Below, one piece after another: positions 1-10,700 of a stretch of 64,000 nucleotides of DNA (position 1 is its first letter; every line of letters starts with the position of its first letter). The notes under the pieces were generated by a model that worked only from the letters and a program-made list of their open reading frames with translations, had not been told where the DNA came from and ran no database searches. The stretch spans positions 2,304,001-2,368,000 of the forward strand of contig OY729431.1 of assembly GCA_963422395.1 (NCBI GenBank). The letters are read 5' to 3'. The stretch is from Vicinamibacteria bacterium. Its GTDB lineage: Bacteria; Acidobacteriota; Vicinamibacteria; Marinacidobacterales; Marinacidobacteraceae. The position numbers and the translations under genes were made by a program.

Positions 1-2
1 AC

Positions 3-740
3 GCCGACGACGGGATCAACACGATCGGGTTCTCTTCGGACGAGAGGTTCGATGACTCCTGGATCACCGCGTTCGCGGCCTGGCGGTTCGACGGCGACCG
101 ATTGACCGGCTGTGACATCGAGGTGAACCCCGAGTTCGTGAAGAACTGGGCCCCGCAGGATCCGGAGCGCCTCATCGAGATCGTGGCGACCCACGAGATG
201 GGGCACTGCCTGGGGCTTCTCCACAGCGAGCCGTTCCCGATGCCGCTCTGGACCGAGCGGCCGGTGACGCGCGATCCGGCATTCCTGCCGGACCCGGTGA
301 TGTCCTATTCGAACTCCTACGGACTGCCCCTGCCGGAAGACGACCGGGTGGGCGTTTCGCTGCTCTACCCAGCGCCCGGTTTCCTCGAAGCGCGCGGCAC
401 CGTGCGGGGAACGGTGCGCCACGGGCATCGCGGGGCGCCCTTTTCCTATGTGCAGGCGGTGCGGCCGGGAGGGGCCGGAGCGCGCGCCGGCCCGGGACCC
501 GGGGTTTTCACCGACCGGAACGGTCGGTTCTCGCTCGAGGGGCTCGCGCCGGGAGACTGGATGCTCTGGGTCCACCCGATCCTGGTGACGCGGCGGAACG
601 CGCACGGATCGCTCCTCGAGCAGGCCGACGAGGCCGGTGCGACGGACTTCCTGGACCGGCTGCGCTGGATACGGGTCGCCGCCGGCAGCACCGCGGAGAT
701 CCTCATCACCGTCGAGGGCAGCCGGGGAGTTCGCCAGTGA
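3..740 (+). CDS. Matrixin (M10-like) zinc metalloprotease with C-terminal carboxypeptidase-regulatory-like beta domain; 5' end outside window
   Basis: Frame is open from position 3 (ADDGINTIGF...). HEMGHCLGLLH matches HExxHxxGxxH, followed by a Met-turn (PVMSY). C-terminal 'GVFTDRNGRFSLEGLAPG'. Confidence 0.85.
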   Translation, partial: ADDGINTIGFSSDERFDDSWITAFAAWRFDGDRLTGCDIEVNPEFVKNWAPQDPERLIEIVATHEMGHCLGLLHSEPFPMPLWTERPVTRDPAFLPDPVMSYSNSYGLPLPEDDRVGVSLLYPAPGFLEARGTVRGTVRHGHRGAPFSYVQAVRPGGAGARAGPGPGVFTDRNGRFSLEGLAPGDWMLWVHPILVTRRNAHGSLLEQADEAGATDFLDRLRWIRVAAGSTAEILITVEGSRGVRQ

Positions 741-1234
741 GAGCGGATCGGTTTCTCCTCGCTTCGGCAGCGCTCGGCCTCTTCGGGTGCGGCAGCGGCT
801 CCGCGCCGACGAGTCCGACGCCTCCCTTCCTCCCCGCTCCAGCGCCGGCCCCCCCGCCGCCGCCGGCCCCGGGCTGCGAAACGCCATCGCTCGAAGTGTT
901 GTTCCTTCGCGGGAACCAGGCCGCCGGAATCGCGCGCGGCGCGCTGACGCTCGAGGCGGCCCACCCGGCGACCGCGCTCGACTTCATCCGGCCGTACCCG
1001 ATCCTGGTTCCGTCCGGCGGAGAAAACCTCGACATTCCCGGCCTCCGGCCCACCGTCGGGGTTTTCGTCTCCGACCTGCGCTTCGAGCACCGGGAGAACG
1101 GCGGGTTTCGCCAGACCATGACCGTGGAGTGGTTGTCGGAGTTCTCGGTCCGGGCCATCGAACCGGACTGCGAACCGGTCGTCGTCGTCGTCTGCGGCGA
1201 CCAGGAGTGCGGACCCGGCTCCGACGACTCTTGA
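737..1234 (+). CDS. Hypothetical lipoprotein with Pro-rich linker
   Basis: GTGA overlap with upstream stop. Signal peptide with lipobox LFGC, then a PAPPPPP linker. Confidence 0.7.
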   Translation: MRADRFLLASAALGLFGCGSGSAPTSPTPPFLPAPAPAPPPPPAPGCETPSLEVLFLRGNQAAGIARGALTLEAAHPATALDFIRPYPILVPSGGENLDIPGLRPTVGVFVSDLRFEHRENGGFRQTMTVEWLSEFSVRAIEPDCEPVVVVVCGDQECGPGSDDS

Positions 1235-1309
1235 CACCGCGCGCGGCGGGGCGCGTAGTCGGCGAAGAAACTCGGCGAGGGACGGCAGGGAACGCTCAGC
1301 AGGGGACGC

Positions 1310-2989
1310 TCAACGCCGCCGGGGCGGCGCCCTCCGGGACCGGACGAGGCGGCGTTCGGAGTGCGGCGGCGGGTCGAAGGTCTCTTCGGTTCCATCGGGC
1401 CAACGGATCCGCAGGCCGGTGACGGCGGCTCCTTTCGGAATGCCGAAGTGGGCCGCGGGCTCGCTGCTCGTGAGATAGCCGGCTTCCGGGTTCACGGCGC
1501 GAACGAGCGAGCGGCCCCCTCCGAGATCGAGGATCACCACCGCGCCGGGGCTCGCGCGCGAGAACTCGCGGGGCTCGACGACGAGAAAACCTCCCCGCCG
1601 CGGCGAGCGGTTCTCGAAGAGCCGGACCGGACCGCCCACACTGGTGACGACGAGGTCGAGGTCGCCGTCCCGGTCCCAGTCGCCGGTCGCGAGCCCTCTG
1701 CCGACCGAGGAGACGGTCGAGAAGCCCTCGATCTCCTCCGTCTCGAACCGCCCGCTCCCGTCGCCGAGGAATCCCTGCGGCGGCTCGGCGTAGGCGGCGA
1801 GACCGCCGGACGCCGCAACCCCCCCCTCCCGCGCCACCGCGCCGTTCACCAGCAGGAGGTCGAGGTCGCCGTCGAGATCGAGATCGAGGAAGCGGGCGCC
1901 GAACCCGGTGCGCGGCAGGCTGGGAAGCGCGAGGCCGGTCGCTCCGGTGTCGTCGAAGAAGCCGTTCCCCCGGTTCCGGTAGAGGGTGTTCGTCTGGGCA
2001 CGGAGGTGGGTCATGAAGAGGTCGAGGTCGGCGTCCCCGTCCACATCGCCGAGCAGCACCCCCATGCTGGCCTCGGCGCGCCCCTGGGAGTTGAGCGCCA
2101 CTCCCAGGAAGAGCGCAGCGTCGCTGAATGTCCCGTCTTCGCCCTGCTCCCAGAGCAGGTTCGGCTCCCCGTCGTTCGCCACATAGAAATCGAGCCGCCC
2201 ATCGCCGGTGAAGTCGTGGCAGAGCACGCCGAGCGCCGGTCGGCGCTCTTCGAGGATCCCGGCCTCGCCTGAGACATCCTCGAATACGCCGGCGCCGAGA
2301 TTCCGATAGAGCGCGTCCCGCTCGTAGGGCAGGCTCTGCGGCGAACAGAAATCGGGCTCTCCCGAGGCGGAGACGCATTCTCTCGCGGGGTCGTCGACCA
2401 GATACCCCCCCACATAGAGATCGAGGTCGGCATCGCTGTCGTAGTCGCAAAAGGCGGCAGCGCTGGACCAGCGCTCCCCCGAGATTCCGGACTCCGACCG
2501 GACGAAACGGCCGTTTTCCCCCAGGTAGAGCGCGTCCTTCCCGTAGTTCGAGAGAAAGACATCGGGGTCGCCGTCGCCGTCGGCATCCCCGACCGCAACG
2601 CCCGCGCCGTAGCCGGAGTCGCCGAGTCCGCCCACCCCGCGGTCGTCCAGGAAGGAACCGTCCGGCTGCCGGAGGAAGAGTCGGTTGCCCGGAAGTTCGG
2701 CTGCTGGAATCCCGCTGCGGTCTTCGGGGAGCGGGCCGGATTGGATCAGATAGAGATCGAGGTCGGAGTCGCCGTCGGCGTCGAAGAGCGCGGCGCCCGC
2801 CCCCATGATCGCCGGGAGCGGGAACCGGGTGAGCTCGCCGGGGTCGTGGAGGAACCGGACTCCGAGATCCTCGGTGACCTCGGCGAACCGGGGACCGGAT
2901 TGGACGGCAGCGGCGGGGGGCGCCGCAGCCAGGAAGATCAGAGAGCCCGCGACCGCTCCGAACCGGGCCGCCCGCAGCGCGAGAGTCAG
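1310..2989 (-). CDS. CRTAC1 family protein (FG-GAP/VCBS repeats plus ASPIC/UnbV domain); probable CTG start
   Basis: Many DxDGDxDxDL repeats and a C-terminal 'AHFGI...LRIRWPDG'. The frame extends upstream of ATG 2806 through 'FAEVTEDLGVRFLH' and a signal peptide to CTG 2989. Confidence 0.85.
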   Translation of the reverse strand: MTLALRAARFGAVAGSLIFLAAAPPAAAVQSGPRFAEVTEDLGVRFLHDPGELTRFPLPAIMGAGAALFDADGDSDLDLYLIQSGPLPEDRSGIPAAELPGNRLFLRQPDGSFLDDRGVGGLGDSGYGAGVAVGDADGDGDPDVFLSNYGKDALYLGENGRFVRSESGISGERWSSAAAFCDYDSDADLDLYVGGYLVDDPARECVSASGEPDFCSPQSLPYERDALYRNLGAGVFEDVSGEAGILEERRPALGVLCHDFTGDGRLDFYVANDGEPNLLWEQGEDGTFSDAALFLGVALNSQGRAEASMGVLLGDVDGDADLDLFMTHLRAQTNTLYRNRGNGFFDDTGATGLALPSLPRTGFGARFLDLDLDGDLDLLLVNGAVAREGGVAASGGLAAYAEPPQGFLGDGSGRFETEEIEGFSTVSSVGRGLATGDWDRDGDLDLVVTSVGGPVRLFENRSPRRGGFLVVEPREFSRASPGAVVILDLGGGRSLVRAVNPEAGYLTSSEPAAHFGIPKGAAVTGLRIRWPDGTEETFDPPPHSERRLVRSRRAPPRRR

Positions 2990-4083
2990 AAGTTCTTGGG
3001 TTCGAACCCGGGCGGGCTCACGATGCTCGCGCTGGATCCCACCACTCGGATCAGTAGCAGCCCGTGCCGGGTCGCCATTTTCGGTGACGAGTCCGTCGCC
3101 GTGAGGTAGGCCATCGCCCCGTGGACTTCGTCACGGGAGCAGTCCGGGAAGTACTCCCGGAATTTTCCCATTTTGTCGACGAAATGACGCACATACTCGG
3201 GTCGAAGGGTGGTCTTCACCTCGACGGCCACCGAAACATGCTCACCGTACGCGATCAGATCCATCTCGGCGACCGGAATACCCGCCAGGGAAATGCCTCT
3301 CCGTCGGATCAGATGGTCATAGACGCTGTACCCGGCGCTTCGCAGAAGCGGACTCAGGTCCCCCTCGGTCAGGGCTTCCATGAGCCGCCCGAAGCGCTCG
3401 TCCCCATCCCCGATCATGCGGTGGATGGCGCGCTTCAGCTCACTGTCCGCCTTCTGGTCGCGGACCCGCCGCTCTTCGTCGCGTTTCGAAGCGAGGCGCT
3501 CGAATTCCGCTTTTTCCTCATCCAGCCGCTTGCGCCGTGCTTCGGCCTCGGCCTCCACCTTCTCGCGCCGCACTTCGGCTTCCCGACGATGCGCTTCGGC
3601 TTCGGCCTCCAGCTTCTCGCGCCGCGCTTCGGCTTCCCGGCGATGCGCTTCGGCTTCGGCCTCCAGCTTCTGGCGCTGCACCTCGGCTTCCTGGCGCCGC
3701 ACTTCGGCTTCGGCCTCCAGCTTCTGGCGCTGCACCTCGGCTTCCTGGCGCTGCACCTCGGCTTCGGCCTCCAGCTTCTGGCGCTGCACCTCGGCTTCCT
3801 GGCGATGCGCTTCGGCTTCTTGGCGCCGCACTTCGGCTTCGGCCTCCAGCTTCTGGCGCTGCACCTCGGCTTCCTGGCGCCGCACCTCGGCTTCGGCCTC
3901 CAGCTTCTGGCGCTGCACCTCGGCTTCTCCCTCCATCTTCCGCTGCCAGGCCGCCTCGCGGGCCCGTTGCTCACGGTCGAAACGCCGGCGCCACTCCTCA
4001 TGCCGAGCCGCTTCCTGGGCAACCCGGCGCAGAATCCGCCACACCGACTCGGGCCCGGGGGGAATACGGCGTCTGCTGCCCAT
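2986..4083 (-). CDS. Coiled-coil repeat protein with C-terminal PD-(D/E)XK nuclease-like domain (DUF3782-like)
   Basis: C-terminal 'FGRLMEAL...EMDLIAYGEHVSVAVEVKTTL' (E..D..ExK). N-terminal KLEAEAEVQRQ/EAEVRRQ repeats. Confidence 0.75.
   Translation of the reverse strand: MGSRRRIPPGPESVWRILRRVAQEAARHEEWRRRFDREQRAREAAWQRKMEGEAEVQRQKLEAEAEVRRQEAEVQRQKLEAEAEVRRQEAEAHRQEAEVQRQKLEAEAEVQRQEAEVQRQKLEAEAEVRRQEAEVQRQKLEAEAEAHRREAEARREKLEAEAEAHRREAEVRREKVEAEAEARRKRLDEEKAEFERLASKRDEERRVRDQKADSELKRAIHRMIGDGDERFGRLMEALTEGDLSPLLRSAGYSVYDHLIRRRGISLAGIPVAEMDLIAYGEHVSVAVEVKTTLRPEYVRHFVDKMGKFREYFPDCSRDEVHGAMAYLTATDSSPKMATRHGLLLIRVVGSSASIVSPPGFEPKNF
3540..3928 (-). repeat. Intragenic mosaic tandem repeat of 33-bp and 21-bp units
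   Basis: Alternating units such as cacctcggcttcggcctccagcttctggcgctg (33 bp) and cacctcggcttcctggcgccg (21 bp) encode 11-aa and 7-aa coiled-coil repeats. Confidence 0.9.
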
Positions 4084-4097
4084 CTTGAGGATTGTAA

Positions 4098-5399
4098 TCA
4101 GAAGCCTGGTTCCGGATGCTGCTCCCGCAGGGCGGCCAGAAACGCTTCAGGCGCCTCGGTACCGAGGCGGCGCGCCTCGTGAACCGCCTTCCAGGCCAAC
4201 TCGAAGCGCCCGAGTTCCGCCAGCGCCACGGCCTGGAGGAGCCGCACTCCTCCGTCGTCGGAGTCGAGACGGGCGGCGTGTCGGAGAGCATCGAGCGCCT
4301 GATCGAAACGCCGCTGGCGGAGCAAGACATCGCCGAGCGCGGCGTGGGATCGAGGTTCGTCGGGGCTGGCAGCGAGCGAGACTCGAAAATGGAACTCCGC
4401 CCCGGAAAGATCCCCTTCCCGAGCCCTTATCACGCCGAGACCGAAGCGGGCGAGCGCCTGGTCGGGATCGATTGCCACTGCATCGCGGTAGAGCAGTTCG
4501 GCTTCCTCGGACCGCCCGCGCTGAGCGGCGACCGCACCGAACTCGGCGAGCACCTCGGCATCCCGGGGACGGAGGCCGGCGAGATCGCGGTACCGGTTCT
4601 CCGCCTCGCTCAGGCGGCCGGCCTCCCGCGCTCCCCGCGCGCGCTCCAGGAGTCGCGGGGAGGAGATGTTCCGCTCGGTCATCCGAAAGTGGATCGGATC
4701 CTCGATGCCGGGCAACCCGGCCCCCGCCTCGCCGTCTCCGCGCCGGAGCACTTCCCGAGCGCGGTCCCGATCGCCGGCGGCGTTCCACGCCTGGGCGAGC
4801 GCGGAAAGAACGGCCCCCGCTCCCGGTTCCGCCGAAAGCGCCCGCTCGAAAAAAGGGATCGCGTCCCGTGGTTCGCCGCCGGCCAACCGGAGAGCGCCGA
4901 GTCGGAAAAGGGCCAGCCCCGAGTCGGGATCGATCTCCAACGCTCGCTCCAGAGCGGCGGCGGCGGCGGGGAGGTCTCCGAGCTCTTCGCGGACCTCGCC
5001 GAGCAACACCCAGGCTGGCAGATAGCCGGAATGCTCGACCAGAACTGTCTCCAAAACGGCTGCCGCCTCCCCAGGAGCGCTTCCTCGGATCGCGTGGGCG
5101 AGGAGATAGCGGGCCGCGAGACCCCCGGGAGCTCCGGGCGGGAACTGCTTCGAAGCTTCCCGGTAGCAGGCAGCGGCTTCGGACAGCAGGCCATGCGCTT
5201 GGAGAGACTCACCATAGGCGAGCCAGGCACCCGGACTCGCGGAGCGGGCGGCTACCTCGTCGGCGAGCTCGGCGAGCAGCGCACCCACCTGCGGCTCCAT
5301 CGCCCGGCCGTCCGGAACGGGCGGCGGCGCCGACTGGAACGGCACGAAGCCGAAGGCAAGGGAAGCACCGAGCAGGAAGACGGAACACCTCCCCCTCAC
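4098..5399 (-). CDS. Tetratricopeptide repeat protein, probably exported
   Basis: Successive TPR helices (e.g. AWVLLGEVREELGDLPAAAAALERALEIDP). Probable GTG start at 5399 before a hydrophobic stretch; start uncertain. Confidence 0.8.
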   Translation of the reverse strand: MRGRCSVFLLGASLAFGFVPFQSAPPPVPDGRAMEPQVGALLAELADEVAARSASPGAWLAYGESLQAHGLLSEAAACYREASKQFPPGAPGGLAARYLLAHAIRGSAPGEAAAVLETVLVEHSGYLPAWVLLGEVREELGDLPAAAAALERALEIDPDSGLALFRLGALRLAGGEPRDAIPFFERALSAEPGAGAVLSALAQAWNAAGDRDRAREVLRRGDGEAGAGLPGIEDPIHFRMTERNISSPRLLERARGAREAGRLSEAENRYRDLAGLRPRDAEVLAEFGAVAAQRGRSEEAELLYRDAVAIDPDQALARFGLGVIRAREGDLSGAEFHFRVSLAASPDEPRSHAALGDVLLRQRRFDQALDALRHAARLDSDDGGVRLLQAVALAELGRFELAWKAVHEARRLGTEAPEAFLAALREQHPEPGF

Positions 5400-5570
5400 C
5401 GACGGACCCCCCTGGCGGCCGGCGGGCGGCACGAACCCGGCCGCTGCGGCACGAAAGCGGTCTCGGTCATCGGCGCGATCACGCAGCGACTCTCGTCCGA
5501 GCGCCAGGACACTTCGGCTGGGAGGATACCGGGAACACCGACCGCCTGGCGATAGCATGGCCACCGATCG

Positions 5571-7667
5571 ATGAACCGCTTTCGCAGCGCGGCAACTCTG
5601 TCCGCCCTGTCCGGCACCACCGCCTACATCGTGATTTTCGGCGCGTTCCTCCTGTTCGTGCCGCTCTTGGCTCAGTCTTCGCGGGTTCAGGACCCGTCCG
5701 GCGGGGCCCCCGGCGGATTTCCAAAGGACGGGCTCGAACTGCAAGGAAGCTGGCCAGGGCAGCCAGGAAACAGCACCCCAGGAGGCAACGGAATCGTCGG
5801 GAGCGCCACCTGCGCTGCTTGCCATGCGGACATCGCGGAAACGCACGAGGCACATCCGATGGCTCGGACGGCGCGTACCCTGGCCGAAGACCTAGGATCG
5901 CTGTTCTCCCCCGAACGGCTGAACCGACCGGCCGCCTGGCGAAGCACAGCACCCGAAGGCGCGGCGCGCCCGGCGTACGAGCGTTCGGGCGAGGCCGTAA
6001 CGCTCCGATCTCCCGGAGGGGAGAGCGTCTCGGTCGCCGTCCTGTTCGGGTCCGGCCGGCGCGGGGTTACTCCCGTGGCGTTCCACGAAGCCGGGACGAT
6101 GCGGGAACTCCGGCTCTCATGGTCGCGAGGTCTCGATCGGTGGATCGAGACGCCGGGCGCCGAGGGAGACCGAGATCCACTTGGAGACCTGGACTCCCCC
6201 GAAGAGACCGGGGAGTGCCTTTCCTGCCACGCCACCGCGGTCGCCTGGCGGGCCGGCGTTCCCGACCCCGCCCGGTCGGAATGGGGGGTGCAGTGCGAGC
6301 GGTGTCACGGCCCGGGCGCCGAGCACGCCGCCCGGCTCGGAGAGCCGGCGGCGATCTTCGACCCCGGAAAACTCTCCCCAGCGCGGCAGGTGGCTTTCTG
6401 CGGCCAGTGCCACCGAAAGCCCACCGACTTCGAACCGCTCGAAGTGTTCGGCCGCAATCGCGGGCTCTCCCGGCACGCCGCCGGCAGCCTGATGATGAGC
6501 GCCTGTTTTCGCAAGTCACCGGCGGAGGAAACGATCTCCTGTCTTTCCTGTCACGACCCCCACCGCTCCGAAGATTCGGTCGCGGCCAGAAGCAGGAAGG
6601 CCTGTCTCGGATGTCACGAAGATCCCGCGGCAGAACACGCCTACGAGCGGGTGGACGACGCCTCGGACTGCGTTGGGTGCCATCTGCCGCGAAGGGAGGA
6701 GGTCTTTCCGGGTGCTGGGTTCACCGACCACTGGATCCGGGTCCAGGGGACTCCGCCATCGCCGGGATCGGCGGATTTCCGGGAAGACCTCCAGTATCTG
6801 GAAGCCCTCTACCGGAACGAGATCGCCGGCGGTCCCCCGCCGCGAAGAGCGGCGCGGCTCCACCTCGGACTCGGGGAGTTGCTCCAGGCCCAGGGTCTTC
6901 GGTCGTCCGCGCTCGAAGCATTGGAACGGGGACTCGCGCTCGATCCCGACTACGGGCAGATCCTGAAGGCCGCCGCTCTCCTCCGGCAGGAAGGAGAGGA
7001 GGAACGGGCGCTTTCCGTGCTGGAACGGGCGCTGGCCGTCGAACCCGATGCGGCACAGGCGTACTTCGATCTGGGAGACCTCCGGTTGGCGCGCGGGAAT
7101 GCCGAAAGGGCGGTCACCGCTTTGGAGCGGGCTCGAACCCTCCGCCCCGCGTCGGCGGCGGTGCTCGGCACTCTGGGCGCCGCCTACCGAAGCACGGGCC
7201 GCTTCGACGAAGCGCTCGACGCCGGCCTCGAGGCGGTGCAACGGGATCCGGAACGGGCTTTCGGGTGGCTGGAGCTCGGCCGCACCCGGCGCATTCGACG
7301 CGAGACCGCGGAAGCCGGCGAGGCGCTCCGCGCCGCCCTCGCCCTGGACCCGAGCTGGCCGCCGGCACTGGATGCGCTGGCCAGGCTCCTGGCCCTCGAT
7401 CCGGACGAGACGGTTCGCGACGCCGCCGAAGCAGTGCGGCTCGCTGACCGACTGGCAGGCCTGGCCGGTTACCGAGAGCCTCGATCCCTGGACCTGCTGG
7501 CGGCGGCGCACGCTGCCGGGGGGAACTTCGAGCTCGCCATTCGGACCGCCGAACGCGCGATCGAGCGGAGCCGGTCTCTCGGCCTGAACGACCTGGGCCT
7601 CACGATCGAGGAGCGGCTCCAGCTGTATCGAGACCAGCGGCCGTACCTCGAGCCCGCCGCCCGCTGA
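5571..7667 (+). CDS. Multiheme c-type cytochrome (7 CxxCH) fused to TPR repeats
   Basis: CAACH, CLSCH, CERCH, CGQCH, CLSCH, CLGCH and CVGCH motifs; 'FTDHWI'; C-terminal TPRs; N-terminal signal/anchor. Confidence 0.9.
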   Translation: MNRFRSAATLSALSGTTAYIVIFGAFLLFVPLLAQSSRVQDPSGGAPGGFPKDGLELQGSWPGQPGNSTPGGNGIVGSATCAACHADIAETHEAHPMARTARTLAEDLGSLFSPERLNRPAAWRSTAPEGAARPAYERSGEAVTLRSPGGESVSVAVLFGSGRRGVTPVAFHEAGTMRELRLSWSRGLDRWIETPGAEGDRDPLGDLDSPEETGECLSCHATAVAWRAGVPDPARSEWGVQCERCHGPGAEHAARLGEPAAIFDPGKLSPARQVAFCGQCHRKPTDFEPLEVFGRNRGLSRHAAGSLMMSACFRKSPAEETISCLSCHDPHRSEDSVAARSRKACLGCHEDPAAEHAYERVDDASDCVGCHLPRREEVFPGAGFTDHWIRVQGTPPSPGSADFREDLQYLEALYRNEIAGGPPPRRAARLHLGLGELLQAQGLRSSALEALERGLALDPDYGQILKAAALLRQEGEEERALSVLERALAVEPDAAQAYFDLGDLRLARGNAERAVTALERARTLRPASAAVLGTLGAAYRSTGRFDEALDAGLEAVQRDPERAFGWLELGRTRRIRRETAEAGEALRAALALDPSWPPALDALARLLALDPDETVRDAAEAVRLADRLAGLAGYREPRSLDLLAAAHAAGGNFELAIRTAERAIERSRSLGLNDLGLTIEERLQLYRDQRPYLEPAAR

Positions 7668-7697
7668 CCAGCCAGCGGGACGCAGGCCGAATACAGC

Positions 7698-7730
7698 AAA
7701 GGGGAGGCAGGCCCGAAAGCCCGCCTCCCC
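7698..7730 (-). terminator. Probable intrinsic terminator of the TonB receptor gene (between convergent genes)
   Basis: Minus strand reads ggggaggcgggc-tttcgg-gcctgcctcccc followed by TTT. The U-tract is short. Confidence 0.65.
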
Positions 7731-7776
7731 CGGACGGCTCCCTGGATTCCAGAGAGCCTGGGAAAGTGATCCCTGG

Positions 7777-10700
7777 CTAGAAGGTGACCTTGGCCATGAA
7801 CTGGAAGGTTCTCGGATAGCCGCGGGTGCCGGGAATGCTTCCGAAGTTGCTGTTGCCGAGCACCGTGCGGGGGCCGCGCCAATTCACATGGTTGAAGAGA
7901 TCGATGAATTCGAAACGCAGGGTCAGGTTCATGTCCTCGTAGAGGCTCGTCGTCTTCTCGAGCGAGACATCCCAGTTGAGGAGCACCGGACTGCGCACCG
8001 AATCAGTGGTCTGGGGCGCATTACTCAGGGTCAACCCTTCTGTGAGGCCGGCATCTCCGGCGGAGAGATAGCTCGTGTGGCTTCCCTTCGGGTTCCCGCC
8101 ACCGCTCACATTCGCGCTCGTGGGGCGCTGGTGGTCGAAACCGTAGGCACTCAACGGGTTCGAGTTCTGGGTGATCACCAGCGGGAAACCGCTCCGCATG
8201 ATCGTGACCACCGAGAGTGCCCATCCGCCGAAGATCGGGTTGTCCCCCGGCGTCCGGTAGGTGCCGTTGATGTTCATCTGGTGCGGGACATGGACCCGTG
8301 ACGGACCGTAGTCGGCGTCGAACACCGGACACTTCCCGTAGGCGCATTCATCCGGAGTGTTGTAGATCGTGCCCGTCTCGTTCTCCAGCAGCTGGTTGTT
8401 CTCGTAGATGTTGTCGTCGTGCTTCGTGAAGGTGTAGTTGATGCGCGCTCCCCAGTTCCCTCGGAAACGCTTCTCGAATTCGACCCGGAGGGCGTTGTAG
8501 AGCGACTTCCCGGAGCTCACATGGCGGGCGAGGACATCCCGGAAGTGCGGATAGGGCCGCAAGAGCTGGCCGAGCGGAAGGGTCTTTTCGCTCGAGAAGC
8601 TGCCGAAGCGGGAATCGCCGTAGAACGGATTGGGATACTGGTCGTTCAACCGCTCCCCGAGCGACAGGTACTGGTCCGCAAGCTGGTTGATGTTGACCAC
8701 CGAGTTGTTCGTGCCGCCGATCGGGATGTCCGCCCCCTGGCTGCCGACATAGCCGATCTTCACCGCCAGGTCGTTCCCGATGTCGCGCTGGATATCCAGC
8801 GACCACTTGTTGATGTAGGGGGAGGCCCGGAACTGTTCGTTGAAATAGACGCCCTGGCCGATGTTCTGAAAACGGCCGTTCCCGTTCCCGACCGGATTTC
8901 CGATTCCGTCCGGGAAGGGATTCGAGGCGGTCGCCCGCGGAGGAGTGCGGCCGTCCAGACTGGTCTGCAGATCGGTCACCTCGGTATAGCCGTAGGTTCC
9001 GAGATGCGTCGCACCCGTACCGCTGGGAATCGCATAGGGGGCCCAGAACAGCGCGTAGCCGCCGCGGATGACGGTTTCCGGGTTGATGGTGTAGGCGAAA
9101 CCGACCCGCGGCCCGAGCTTGATCGATGGGGGATCCCACTGGTGGGTGGGATTGCCGTCGATGCCCGCATACATGAGGCCGCCGCGGAGCGGGAAGCCGG
9201 GGAGCGTCCCTTCGAGGCTCGGATCCAGCGCGGCCTGGAGCGGGAACGGGTTCGCCCGGTCCCAGCCGACCGCGAAGCCGTCGTCGTCCTCCATGAGGCC
9301 GGACTCGTGCTCCAGGCGAAGGCCGAGGTTCAGAACCAGGTTCTGGCTGGGGCGCCAGTCGTCCTGCACGAAGCCGCCGAAGTAGTCGATGTACACATCG
9401 GCCGCTTCGGCGATGGTGGCGCTGCCGCCGTCCGGAATTCCGAGCAGCAGGTCGGCCATCGCACTGCCGGAGCCGCTCTCCGGTGCCGTGGGGTTCGGCC
9501 CCTGGGTGAACTTCTGGGCGAAGGACATCGAGAAACCGTTCTCGAAGCTCGCCGCGTGGAGGCCCATGCGCCGCCACTGACCCCCGTACTTCAGGGTGTG
9601 GTTGCCGAGGAACTGCGAGTAGGTGCCGCTGACCTCGCGCGAAGTCCACTGGACATCGGTGTTGGACCAGGATCCGTGCGTCGAGCCGCCGTCACCGAAG
9701 TTGGACACGGTGATGGACGGGAACTGCCCTTCGTAGCCCGCCTGCCCGTAGATCTGGCTGAGAAAGCTGCCCTGGATTCCGAGTTCGCTCGAGATCTGGT
9801 CCTGCGAATACACCGGATTGATCACCGAATCGTTGAAGTACATCTGCCCGTAGCGCAGCGTCAGGACCGACGAGTCGCCCACCACGAAGGTGTTGTTCAG
9901 GGCGACGGTATGCACATCGCGGAGCAGGTCGGCGGCGCCGATCCCGTACGCGGGCGCGCTGTCGGCTCCCAAAAGGTCCGTGTACTGCTGGAAGGCGCCC
10001 TCCTTCGAGGTGTAGTAGAGGTAGGTGCCGGAGAATTGCCAAGAGTCGGAAAAGGTGTGGCTCAGGTTGCCGTCGGCCTGCAAGGCGGTCGTGGTCTGGG
10101 CTCCCGAGGAACTGATCGGGCCGCCCGGCCCCAGGCTGGTGAGCAACTGGGCGAGCCCCCGGCCCGCCGGATCGATCATGTTGGCCGGAATCACATTCCC
10201 GGGGAAGGGCTTGCGGTTGCCGTTCGCATCGAGATCGAAGGGGTTGTAGATCGTCATCCCGCTCCCGGAGAAGTCACCCGCCGCCTCGGCCGCGGTGGGG
10301 ATGATGACTTCGGTGTTGTCGGCGAGGAGATCCTTGAATCCCTCGGAGGACACCCAGAAGAAGGTGCGGTCGCGGATGATGGGGCCGCCGAACGAACCGG
10401 CGCCCAACTTGAAGGGGCGCGCCGCATATTCCTTCGCATTCTGCTCTTCGGACGACAGGGCGTCGTACGCCACCTGGTCGGTGTAGGAGAGCGCGCGCCA
10501 GAATGTGTTCACATCGCCCGGCCGGTGCTGGTAGGCGGCGGCGCCGCCCCAGTTGTTCGTGCCGCTCCGGGAGATCACATTGAAGACCCCGCCTCCGGTG
10601 CGGCCCATCTCGGCGTCGTAGGTGTTGACCTGCACCTTCATCTCCTGGACCGCGTCGAAGATCGGGACGATCGCCGTGCGGTTCCGCAAGTCGGTCGTGG

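Noticed and set aside
3380-7447. 1355-aa ORF and other long Arg/Pro/Gly-rich ORFs in the track (e.g. 28584-31769, 18401-21220)
   Set aside because: Shadow frames of real genes in high-GC DNA; they overlap motif-bearing CDSs.
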